Assembly (NCBI GenBank): GCA_016929015.1
Contig: JAFGJQ010000501.1
Location: forward strand, 26,823 to 90,822
Reading direction: 5' to 3'
Length of the DNA: 64,000 nucleotides
Source of the DNA: Phycisphaerae bacterium
GTDB taxonomy: Bacteria; Planctomycetota; Phycisphaerae; UBA1845
The notes under the pieces are model-generated. The model searched no databases. It was given only the letters and a program-made list of their open reading frames with translations, and had not been told where the DNA came from. Below are positions 39,133-47,377 of the stretch, one piece after another. Numbering within the stretch: position 1 is the stretch's first letter; every line of letters starts with the position of its first letter. A program made the position numbers and the translations under genes.

Positions 39133-40452
39133 TCAATCCGGCCGAGCGGCGCCGCCGGAGGATGCGAAAAGCTCCACCAGCATCGCATCGCCCGGTGCCA
39201 GCTCCACCGGCACCAGGATCCGTCCACGACGAGCGTCAAACACCCGGCCCCCGACCACTCCCGGATCCCCGGGCACCTCCACGGCCCGGTCGGCCGCCGC
39301 GCCCCCGGCTTCCGCGGGCAGGAATACCTCGCTCCGCGAATACCCGGAGGCAGAGACGTTCCAGAGCAGTACCCACCGGCGATGCTGCCTCGTAAACAGC
39401 GTTACCCGCAGATTGCGGTCGTAGCACTGCCACCCGTCCAGGGGGACGACGGCCGAGCCCCTCAGGTGCGGCGCCCACGCGCACGCCCGGTGAAGGATTC
39501 GCTTGACCGCGGCCGCCCGGGCGACGGCCACGCTGTCTGCCGCATCGACCAGACCCTCCTGGCGACCGCGAACCTCCGCCCAGGCGTCCAGAATGACGCC
39601 TTCCGTAGCGCCGGCCGACAGCCCGGCGTGGTACATCCCCAGCCAGGTCCGGACCGATTCGGCGAGGTCTTCACTCCGGCCGGACACCGGGATCATCATC
39701 ATCCCGGGTTGGGGCAGAGGAGAAGGGGGGTTGAACGGTCCGCTCGGGTCGGCCGGTTCGCACACGCGCACAATCGGTGTGATGTGTCGCAGCCTGTCGC
39801 CCGACAGCGGCGGATCCGTACGCACGGTGGCGGCAAGCGGGAGTGATGGAACGCATTGCGCCGCCTCCTCTGCAATGTGGGCCGCCCGACGCAATCCATC
39901 GTCATCGGCAATCTCACCGATGTGGAGCACAAGCGGCAGGATGTCCGCCCCGAAAGCAGACACATTCCGGAGCCGTTCCTCGATGTTTACCGCTCGGTCG
40001 TCCACCGGGGCCGCCAGGCAGTAGCGATGGAGGACCGGGTCCGTCAGAATCGTCGTGAGCCCGTGCGTCCGTGCAGCCTGCATGACCGCTTCACGCCGAT
40101 CGTCTGCCAGGTGGGCTGCAAGCACGCTGTTGAAGCCCAGTTCCCGAATCCGCTGAAAGTCGGTCGACAGCCGGTGGCCGGGGTCGCCCGCTTCCCCCGT
40201 GCAGAGGGGTTCCACCGGATAGCGTACGGCGACCAGGAACGGGACCGATCGTTGGGCCGCAGCCGGCGGAAGACAGCCGGCTGCCAGCAATCCGCATGCG
40301 GCGGCCGGGAGCCATCGGATTGTTCCGCGAAAGGAAAGGCCGGAGAGTCTTTTCTTGACACGATCCGACAGTGCCGAATAGACTTCCCGCGGTACGATGG
40401 GTTTGGTTGGCGCGACCGTCGATCCGGATGCTTGCCCGTGAAACTGAAACAT
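39133..40452 (-). CDS. Hypothetical secreted/lipoprotein, possibly a TIM-barrel glycosidase-like fold
   Basis: The start was set at the only canonical start before the signal-like segment (ATG 40452; ...IRWLPAAACGLLAAGC). FQRIRELGFNSVLAAH...THGLTTILTD is reminiscent of GH42/GH5-type beta1-alpha1 segments. The product call is weak. Confidence 0.45.
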   Translation of the reverse strand: MFQFHGQASGSTVAPTKPIVPREVYSALSDRVKKRLSGLSFRGTIRWLPAAACGLLAAGCLPPAAAQRSVPFLVAVRYPVEPLCTGEAGDPGHRLSTDFQRIRELGFNSVLAAHLADDRREAVMQAARTHGLTTILTDPVLHRYCLAAPVDDRAVNIEERLRNVSAFGADILPLVLHIGEIADDDGLRRAAHIAEEAAQCVPSLPLAATVRTDPPLSGDRLRHITPIVRVCEPADPSGPFNPPSPLPQPGMMMIPVSGRSEDLAESVRTWLGMYHAGLSAGATEGVILDAWAEVRGRQEGLVDAADSVAVARAAAVKRILHRACAWAPHLRGSAVVPLDGWQCYDRNLRVTLFTRQHRRWVLLWNVSASGYSRSEVFLPAEAGGAAADRAVEVPGDPGVVGGRVFDARRGRILVPVELAPGDAMLVELFASSGGAARPD

Positions 40453-40980
40453 TGGGTTCGATTCCTGTTGCTGTCGGTTGTGGTGGCCGGTACCGCATGT
40501 ACTCCGAAGGCCGCTTCCCTGGATGATCCCCAGACGCGGGACTCGCTCGCCTTGCTGATGCCCGAGCGAATCGGCATCATGCCATTTACCCGGGTGGAGA
40601 GCTTTGACGACGACAACCGTCCGGACGGCATCGCCATGCTGCTCCGCCCGATCAACGTGTTGGGCGACCCCGTGAACATTGTCGGGCAGGTTCGGGCGGA
40701 GTTGTACGAGTATACGCCGGCTTCCGGACTGCGGACGGGGCCCCGCCTGGCCATGTGGGAGGTCCTGCTGAACACCAAGGAGGATCAGCGGCGGTACTGG
40801 AGTTCCACGACGCAGATGTACGAGTTTCATCTTGAGCTCAACACGGGCGTGGTGTCCCAGAGGCCCAAATATGTATTGGCCGTCACGTACAACACGCCCC
40901 TCGGCACGCACCTGACAGATGAATATATCCTGGAAGTGCCGATTGCAAGCGAGCCGTTCGCGAGCGAAAAGCCGGGTTGA
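40438..40980 (+). CDS. Hypothetical lipoprotein
   Basis: The in-frame GTG 40438 gives (M)KLKHWVRFLLLSVVVAGTACTPK, a signal peptide with lipobox. The upstream 194 aa of ORF 39856 are antisense to the neighbouring gene and were rejected. Confidence 0.5.
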   Translation: MKLKHWVRFLLLSVVVAGTACTPKAASLDDPQTRDSLALLMPERIGIMPFTRVESFDDDNRPDGIAMLLRPINVLGDPVNIVGQVRAELYEYTPASGLRTGPRLAMWEVLLNTKEDQRRYWSSTTQMYEFHLELNTGVVSQRPKYVLAVTYNTPLGTHLTDEYILEVPIASEPFASEKPG

Positions 40981-41077
40981 GGCGGACGGTCGACCCTAAC
41001 CTCCGCCCGACGGCGAGGGTCTATTCAACGGAGACGGCCGGCGCCGGGCCGCAAGGGAAGCTACGGAGGAACAAATC

Positions 41078-41431
41078 ATGACCAGGAAGTGCGGATTCAC
41101 ATTATTGGTTCTGACGGGGCTGTTGTGCGTCCCTCTCTGCGGCTGTGCCGACAAGCTGACCCGTGAGCATTACGAGATGATCGTAGTGGACACCTCCACC
41201 AAGACGGACGTGGAGTATACGCTGGGTGAGCCGAGCAACCAACTGCCCGACCAGTGGCACTACGAACGTCCGGACAAGCACCTGAACGTGTTCATCCACT
41301 TCAGCGACCAGGATGTCGTGACTCGCAAGCAATGGGTGGACTCGATGTCCACGGAGTGGGACGACACGCAGTCTCCGCCCGCGGACCGTTCGCACCACGA
41401 GTCGACCACCATTCGGACGATCAACCAATAA
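41078..41431 (+). CDS. Hypothetical small lipoprotein
   Basis: GGAGG lies 8 nt upstream of the ATG. Signal peptide with lipobox MTRKCGFTLLVLTGLLCVPLCGCADK. Confidence 0.6.
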   Translation: MTRKCGFTLLVLTGLLCVPLCGCADKLTREHYEMIVVDTSTKTDVEYTLGEPSNQLPDQWHYERPDKHLNVFIHFSDQDVVTRKQWVDSMSTEWDDTQSPPADRSHHESTTIRTINQ

Positions 41432-41461
41432 CCGTCCGGGGATCGCCCGCGACCCGGACGG
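41432..41461. terminator. Strong hairpin between convergent genes (bidirectional terminator candidate)
   Basis: ccgtccggg (41432-41440) pairs with cccggacgg (41453-41461) as a perfect 9-bp GC-rich stem with a 12-nt loop, starting 1 nt after the stop codon. There is no clean U-tract. Confidence 0.45.
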
Positions 41462-41524
41462 CACGGCGCCGGCGTGTTTCCCGGCCAGCCGCGCCGACGG
41501 TCGTCGTCCGAACCGTTCCGCTCA

Positions 41525-43375
41525 CTATGGTTCCGGGAAGATCATGGCGTCTGCGAAGGCGGATTGGAATCCCGCATCGACGGACAGCTCCACGTGCCGG
41601 GTTTGCCGGGCCAGCGTCTCCGCGTGCTCACGGGCCACCACCGACAAAAGGGCTAGGCGCGCTCCCGCCAGCGACGTGTTGCCCACGTGGTGAATCCGCG
41701 CGTGATCGACCTCGGTGGGGATCAGGCCGATTCGCCGGGCGTGGTTGCGGCGGATGAAACTCCCGAATCCGCCGGCAAGGAGAACGGACTTGAGAGCGGC
41801 GGGCGCCAGACCCGCCTCGCGCAGGAGTATGGAAATACCCGCCCGAATGGCGCCGCACCCCAGTTGAAGCTCGCGAATGTCGCGTTGCGTAAGCGAGATT
41901 GTCTTCCCCGGCTTCCCTTCCGGAGGATCGGCCACCACAAACCGGGTGTGGTTGTTCGGGTCCACCCGGACCCGTCGGGCCAGCGCCGGGCTCAGATTCT
42001 TCGGCAATTCCTCCGGGCGGCACAGACGCCCATCGGGCGAGACGATGTCGTGACGCAGCAGTCCGGCCAGCAGATCGATCATGCCACTGCCGCAGATGCC
42101 CAACGGGGCCAGGCCGCCGATGACCTGCAGCCGCACGTCGTCATCGAGGATCACCTTTTCGATCGCGCCCTGCGTGCCGCGCATGCCGCAACTGATGCGG
42201 GCGCCCTCAAATGCGGGGCCGGCGGCCGTGGACGCCGCCAGCAGGCGGCCGTCATGTGCCAGGACGATCTCTCCGTTGGTGCCGATGTCCACCATCAGGG
42301 CGGGCCGGTCTGCTGAATCCACACGGGCGGCCAGCATCCCCGCGACCGTGTCCCCGCCCACAAATCCCCCGATCACGGGGAACACGTAGGCTGTTCCCCG
42401 CGGGTGAATCGGTATTTCCATGTCTCTGGCCGACACCAACAACCCCCGACCACAGGCCGGAGCAAAAGGGACCTCGCCCAATGATGATGGATCGACGCCG
42501 CACAGGATGTGCTGCATGGTCGTGTTGCCCGCGAAGGCGATTTCGTACGTGTGCCGGGCGCTGACCCCGGTTTCGCGGTAGAGGGCCTCGACCATCCGAG
42601 CGGCCTCTTCGATGACCGCGCGGCGGAGTTCGTCCAGGCCGTTTGGGCAAGAGAAGGAATGCCGGATTCGCGAGAGGACGTCGTCTCCCAGGCTGGCCTG
42701 TGGATTGAGTCGGGAGGCAACCGCCCGTTCCTGCCCGGTGCAGAGATCCACCAGCGAGGCAACCAGGGTGGTCGTGCCGATGTCAAACGCCACGCCGAAG
42801 CATTCGTTCGCAGTATTGCCGCTCTCGAAATCAATCAACCGGCGGCCTGCAAGGACGGCCGTTCCCGTGAAGCCCTGGGTTCGCAAACGGCTCGGTATTT
42901 GCCGAAGCAAGGGCAAGTCCGCCTCAAAGGGGCCGATCTGCCGCTCCAGGCGGAGCAGATCGGGCACGGCGTCCGCCAGCGTGGGCGGCGAAAGTTCAAC
43001 GTATGCCTTGCGGACGGCAGGCTTGATGTCTCCGGGTTGGCCGACGGTGGCGCCTTCGACGATCTGGTGACCGCCTGCGAACAGGGAGGTGGGCGGAATA
43101 TGGACCGTCATGCCGTCCGACGTGGGGTTCTGACACGCCAGTCGCCAGCCGTCGTTGATATGTTCCGGGGAAAAAAACAGCCGATCCGCCTCGGTCGGAT
43201 GCCCCGCACCGCGGGTCACCTGAACACGACACTTTCCGCACGTTCCGGCGCCGCCGCACGGCGTGTCGAGCACCAGTCCGGCACCGGCGGCGGCCTCCAG
43301 GATCGTGGAGCCCTCCAGAACCGATACGGCACGGCCGGTCGGCTCAAACGTCAGTTGATCTTGCTTCTCCGGCAC
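41525..43375 (-). CDS. 2Fe-2S ferredoxin plus ASKHA ATPase (DUF4445) protein, RACo-like corrinoid reductive activase family
   Basis: The N-terminus carries a plant-type ferredoxin motif DTPCGGAGTCGKCRVQV....C. The ASKHA phosphate motifs are GVAFDIGTTTLVASL and LMVDIGTNGEIVLA. The C-terminal part is ...LLAGGFGSFI. Confidence 0.8.
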   Translation of the reverse strand: MPEKQDQLTFEPTGRAVSVLEGSTILEAAAGAGLVLDTPCGGAGTCGKCRVQVTRGAGHPTEADRLFFSPEHINDGWRLACQNPTSDGMTVHIPPTSLFAGGHQIVEGATVGQPGDIKPAVRKAYVELSPPTLADAVPDLLRLERQIGPFEADLPLLRQIPSRLRTQGFTGTAVLAGRRLIDFESGNTANECFGVAFDIGTTTLVASLVDLCTGQERAVASRLNPQASLGDDVLSRIRHSFSCPNGLDELRRAVIEEAARMVEALYRETGVSARHTYEIAFAGNTTMQHILCGVDPSSLGEVPFAPACGRGLLVSARDMEIPIHPRGTAYVFPVIGGFVGGDTVAGMLAARVDSADRPALMVDIGTNGEIVLAHDGRLLAASTAAGPAFEGARISCGMRGTQGAIEKVILDDDVRLQVIGGLAPLGICGSGMIDLLAGLLRHDIVSPDGRLCRPEELPKNLSPALARRVRVDPNNHTRFVVADPPEGKPGKTISLTQRDIRELQLGCGAIRAGISILLREAGLAPAALKSVLLAGGFGSFIRRNHARRIGLIPTEVDHARIHHVGNTSLAGARLALLSVVAREHAETLARQTRHVELSVDAGFQSAFADAMIFPEP

Positions 43376-43473
43376 CTGTACGATCCATTCTCGCCGGGCC
43401 GCGGGCCTTCAGGTCCCCCAGGGGATTCCTCCCCTTTCGGCCGTTGTCGACTTCCTGATTGTGTCGCCTCTGT

Positions 43474-44379
43474 CTACCGATCGAAGTCATCGTCGGGACC
43501 CGCCGCAGCATTCTGCGAACCCATTTCGTGCTTTCGCAAGACCATGTCGCCCAGGCGGCATCGCAGGTCCCGGGCGATGATGACACATTTGACCTTCAGC
43601 AGGAAGAAAAGGTTGCGGTGCCCGCACTCGCTCAGCGTCTCGTAGTTGCCCTGCCCCTTGGCGATGATCAACTCCGCGGCATCAAACCGTTCGCGGAACG
43701 AGGGACTGCACAGATCCAGAACGGTCCCCGGAGCATCGCTGCCGTTGTCAATGATCTCGACCATGTCCGCCAGGCCGGCGGCTTCCGCATCTTCCCGCGT
43801 CGCATCGTTGATGATCGGGCCCCCCTTCACTACGACCGTCACCCGGCCGAGCGGCATCTGCTCAATCAGAAGGCGATCAAGGACGATTTCCCCCGCGTTG
43901 TCCGCCAGATACAGAATGTCGCCTGCGGACACGATCGATTGCCGCAACGCCTCCACGGCGCCGGGATCCATCTGACCCTCGACGGCCTCATCAACGGCCG
44001 CGCGGATTTCGCTTTCCGTCAACGCCGACTTGACGCCAAGGTCCATCACGTTTCCCGCAATTGCCATTCGAACGGCCATCGCCAGCGGATCGCTCGAGCG
44101 ATGGACCAACTGCTCCAGATTCGGATAGAGCTGCAGGGCAAACGCATTGGCCGTCTTCTTGGCGTCGCGGTACGGATCGGCCTGGCCGGTCAGTTCGCGA
44201 AGCCGACGATGGATCAGCCGGCCCATCAGCGGCGGCGGGCTGTCGAAGGACAGGTTCGCGGCCATGGTTAGCGCTTCGCGCAGCAACTGCTCGTGTATTT
44301 CCGGCAAATCCGTGCAGCGACGAGCGGAGTCAAGGGCCTGACGAACGAAACACGGCACACAATCAAGGTAGGTTCGCAC
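43474..44379 (-). CDS. DUF89 (ARMT1-like / damage-control phosphatase) family protein
   Basis: The N-terminus is MRTYLDCVPCFVRQAL. Also ILYLADNAGEIVLD and IIAKGQGNYETL, which is the DUF89 metal-site region. Confidence 0.75.
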   Translation of the reverse strand: MRTYLDCVPCFVRQALDSARRCTDLPEIHEQLLREALTMAANLSFDSPPPLMGRLIHRRLRELTGQADPYRDAKKTANAFALQLYPNLEQLVHRSSDPLAMAVRMAIAGNVMDLGVKSALTESEIRAAVDEAVEGQMDPGAVEALRQSIVSAGDILYLADNAGEIVLDRLLIEQMPLGRVTVVVKGGPIINDATREDAEAAGLADMVEIIDNGSDAPGTVLDLCSPSFRERFDAAELIIAKGQGNYETLSECGHRNLFFLLKVKCVIIARDLRCRLGDMVLRKHEMGSQNAAAGPDDDFDR

Positions 44380-44599
44380 ATCTCCTCCAGGTCAAAGGGG
44401 GGATACGCAGGGCCTGCGCGGTATCGAAACAGGCGTGGCGGCAGTCCTCATTCTGCAGCAACCACAGCCGACCAGCGGTAACTGCGGTACCAGGCAGGCA
44501 TCCCTCCCGGGGAAACCGATGGGTCCGCTCCTATGAGAGGGTTACGCGATATTGCCTTCCGAGGCAAGGCCTGGGTAGAGTTGCTTGCTGCGAAGCAAT

Positions 44600-44690
44600 G
44601 CGGAGGCGTGCTGGACGTGAAGGTGCCGAATGCCGGGCGGGGACACGCCACCGGAGAAGAAGAACCAGCCGGCCGGAGACCGGAAGACGC
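44600..44690 (+). promoter_or_regulatory. Tentative cobalamin-riboswitch-like core in the 5' leader of the methyltransferase gene
   Basis: GGTGCCGAATGCCGGGCGGGGACACGCCACCGGAGAAGA parallels the btuB-leader core AGUGCGAAUCUGGAGCUGACGCGCAGCGGUAAGGA and the consensus GGUG..AAU.CC...GC.G...C.CGCCAC.G. The downstream AGCCGGCCGGAGACCGG resembles the B12 box (AGCC.GGAGACC.GCC). The alignment was done by hand and the peripheral helices were not verified. Confidence 0.3.
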
Positions 44691-44793
44691 GACCGACGGG
44701 CCCACGGACGGCGCCGGCGAGCAGATTGACGGCCGCCCCCGTTTCTTCGAAGAGCACGCTTGAGGGAAGCTGATTCCCCGAGGAGGGACGAGG

Positions 44794-45480
44794 TTGTCGC
44801 ACGTATTCGATCCCATCGCGGGCGCCTACGACCGGTGGTACGACACCACGGACGGGCAGGCGATTTTCCGCGCCGAAGCAACTTGTCTTCGTTCGCTTTG
44901 CCCGCGGTGTGAGGGGCGGTGGCTTGAGGTGGGCGTGGGAACCGGCCGCTTCGCCTCGATGCTGGGCATTGCCGAGGGCGTCGATCCGTCACCTCGAATG
45001 CATGCAATCGCGGCCGGCCGCGGCATCCGGACGGGCACCGCATACGCAGAGAAGCTGCCTTTCACAGACGGAGCGTTTGACGGTGTGCTCATGTCGTTGA
45101 CGCTCTGCTTCGTGGCCGATCCCGGGCAGGCGATCGGGGAATGCCGGCGCGTGCTGCGTCCCGACGGTACGCTTCTCGTCGGGACCGTTCCGGCGGACGG
45201 TCCGTGGGGCCGGCACTATGAAGCGAAGAAGGCAGCGGGGCACTCCATCTACGCTCACGCTCAATTCCTGACGGCCCACGAGATCGGAGTGCTGATCGAA
45301 GAGGCCGGGTTCGAACGGCTGGCAGCGGCGAGCACGTTGTTCTGGGGCCCGGACGGCCCGCCGGAGACCGAACCGCGCGTCCAGGCCGGCATCGTTCCGG
45401 AAGCGGGATTTCTGAGTCTGCTGTTCCGCAAGGTCGGCGCGGCGGGCAGGCGGGGAACGGCCCGCGAAGAACAGCCATGA
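44794..45480 (+). CDS. Class I SAM-dependent methyltransferase (Methyltransf_11-like)
   Basis: GAGGAGGGA lies upstream of a TTG start. Motif I WLEVGVGTGRFA. Also FDGVLMSLTLCFVADP and RVLRPDGTLLV. Confidence 0.8.
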   Translation: MSHVFDPIAGAYDRWYDTTDGQAIFRAEATCLRSLCPRCEGRWLEVGVGTGRFASMLGIAEGVDPSPRMHAIAAGRGIRTGTAYAEKLPFTDGAFDGVLMSLTLCFVADPGQAIGECRRVLRPDGTLLVGTVPADGPWGRHYEAKKAAGHSIYAHAQFLTAHEIGVLIEEAGFERLAAASTLFWGPDGPPETEPRVQAGIVPEAGFLSLLFRKVGAAGRRGTAREEQP

Positions 45481-45547
45481 CCATCACAAACGCCGTCACA
45501 GAAACGAGCGGCCTCGCCCGGAGGGCGCACGCTGGTTGCCAGGGACT

Positions 45548-47377
45548 TCAGGCCCTGGGAGAATGCAATCCGGCCCAGCCGCCGCGGGACAGGTAGAGGG
45601 CCGTGCAGATGCCGATGATCGCCAGGTCGGCCGCGCCGATCAGCGCGGCCCGGAACACGACGGTCCCGGCGGTCCCGAAGCCGTACGAGTGCAGGCCGGT
45701 GCCCAGTACGTAGTTCACGCCGACGTACGTCATGCCGATCAGCCAGGCGCCCAGAATGCTCTTGACGGCGGTGGTTAACGGGTCACCCCGGCCGATCACG
45801 AAGATCAGCAGGCCCACCGCCGCAAAGAACATGACGACCCACTGCCACGGGGCCATCGGGGCGAACAGCGTAATCAGCTTCACAAACATGGCGCCCGCCA
45901 GCACCACACACCCGATCTTGAGCCAGGTGGGCATCCGGTCACGGTCCGCCCGGACGTGCAGAATGGCCAGGTACGCGACGTACGCGATGAGCGACCACAC
46001 TTCCTTCGGGTCCCAGCCCCAGTAGCGGCCCCAGGCATACGCACCCCACATGCTTCCGGTGGCTATGCCGGCAAAAAGCAGCAGTGCCCCGATATTCAGG
46101 AACCAGTAGTGCAACTGGTCGACGGACTGGATCAGCTCGCGGCGGCGCGGGGCGGCCGCCAGTACGATCAACTGGATATGCGCGATCACGAACGCGTCAA
46201 ACAGCACCGAGTACGACACCATGATGATGGGTACGTGGATGGCCATCCAGGCCGTATCCAGCAGGGCCGGCATCACGGGCCGGATGGTCCAGTCCCATCC
46301 GAGGAAGTTCACCAGCGCCAGGGCGCCGGTCGCGACGAGCGCGCACTTGAACGAGACGATCGGCTGCCGAAGGGCCAGGATGGCGACCAGGTCAAACGCA
46401 CCCACGCCCCAGGCCAGAAACAGCATGGATTCGTACATGTTGGCGGCCGGAATGCGCCCGGCCAAATGCCAGCGCACGCCAATGCCCCACGTGACGAACG
46501 CGAACCCGACCAGGATCGTCAGAAAAGTGAGCGTGCTGAGCACCCGCCGCGGCCGACCCGCGCGAATGAACATGTTCGGAATGGATAGAACCGTTGCGAC
46601 CAACGTCAGCCAGAATGCGACGCGGTACGGTCGAAGCCGGTTGAGCTGAACCTCCATCGCCAGGTCACCGGGGTCGGGCCGATGGCCGGCGGGCAAACCG
46701 TCCAGCTTCTGCAGCAGCGCCGCCACGGCCTGGTCAAACCGAGCGGCATCCCCGGCGCGAAATGCCTCGCCGACGGCGTTCCATTCGGCCTCAACCGGAC
46801 CGGCCACCTGACGTCGCATGAGCCAGCCGCCGGCGGGCCCCCAGACGCCGTCCGGATCGGTCGGATGCGGCACCGGACAGATGAGTTCTCCCGTGAGGGC
46901 GTCGCTGAACACGCCGATCTGCTTGCCAATGTCAGAGACTTCCCGATCCAGCGGGTCCATCGTCTTGCCGGATTTGCCGCGCAGCCCGTGCATCACTTCC
47001 ATGAAGCGACCGCTGCTCACCAGCTCCCGATACGACAGACTCTCTCGATCCGGCAGGTCCAGTTCGTCGCGCACCCTGGCGTCGCCGACGGTGAACAGGG
47101 GAGCGTCGAGCCACGGTTCCGGGTCAAACGTCCAGGCCAGCAGCAGAGCGACGGGATCGCACCCGCGGTAGTGAATGGTGCCGGTGACCTGCTCGACCAC
47201 GTTGCGGGCCACGGTGTCCAGCGGCGGCCAGCGCCCGTCCGATTGCACACCCATCGACCGAATGGCGGACAAATCCAACGAGGCGGGCGGCGCAGGCAGG
47301 TCCACCGCGGCGGCAGCCGCGGCAGCCACCAGCGTGGCCGCGCCCACCAGCCCCAGGATGGTCATCCGGCGTCTCAT
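45548..47377 (-). CDS. ccsA: Cytochrome c biogenesis protein CcsA (System II heme handling), long form with an N-terminal periplasmic domain
   Basis: Trp-rich heme-handling motif WGRYWGWDPKEVWSLI and multiple TM helices. The start was set at ATG 47377, which forms an ATGA overlap with the resB stop. The ORF-track start at 47491 was rejected. Confidence 0.85.
   Translation of the reverse strand: MRRRMTILGLVGAATLVAAAAAAAVDLPAPPASLDLSAIRSMGVQSDGRWPPLDTVARNVVEQVTGTIHYRGCDPVALLLAWTFDPEPWLDAPLFTVGDARVRDELDLPDRESLSYRELVSSGRFMEVMHGLRGKSGKTMDPLDREVSDIGKQIGVFSDALTGELICPVPHPTDPDGVWGPAGGWLMRRQVAGPVEAEWNAVGEAFRAGDAARFDQAVAALLQKLDGLPAGHRPDPGDLAMEVQLNRLRPYRVAFWLTLVATVLSIPNMFIRAGRPRRVLSTLTFLTILVGFAFVTWGIGVRWHLAGRIPAANMYESMLFLAWGVGAFDLVAILALRQPIVSFKCALVATGALALVNFLGWDWTIRPVMPALLDTAWMAIHVPIIMVSYSVLFDAFVIAHIQLIVLAAAPRRRELIQSVDQLHYWFLNIGALLLFAGIATGSMWGAYAWGRYWGWDPKEVWSLIAYVAYLAILHVRADRDRMPTWLKIGCVVLAGAMFVKLITLFAPMAPWQWVVMFFAAVGLLIFVIGRGDPLTTAVKSILGAWLIGMTYVGVNYVLGTGLHSYGFGTAGTVVFRAALIGAADLAIIGICTALYLSRGGWAGLHSPRA

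Noticed and set aside
40454-40465. tRNA T-arm-like string gggttcgattcc
   Set aside because: It lies at the overlapping 5' ends of two predicted protein genes. No acceptor, D or anticodon stems can be drawn around it.
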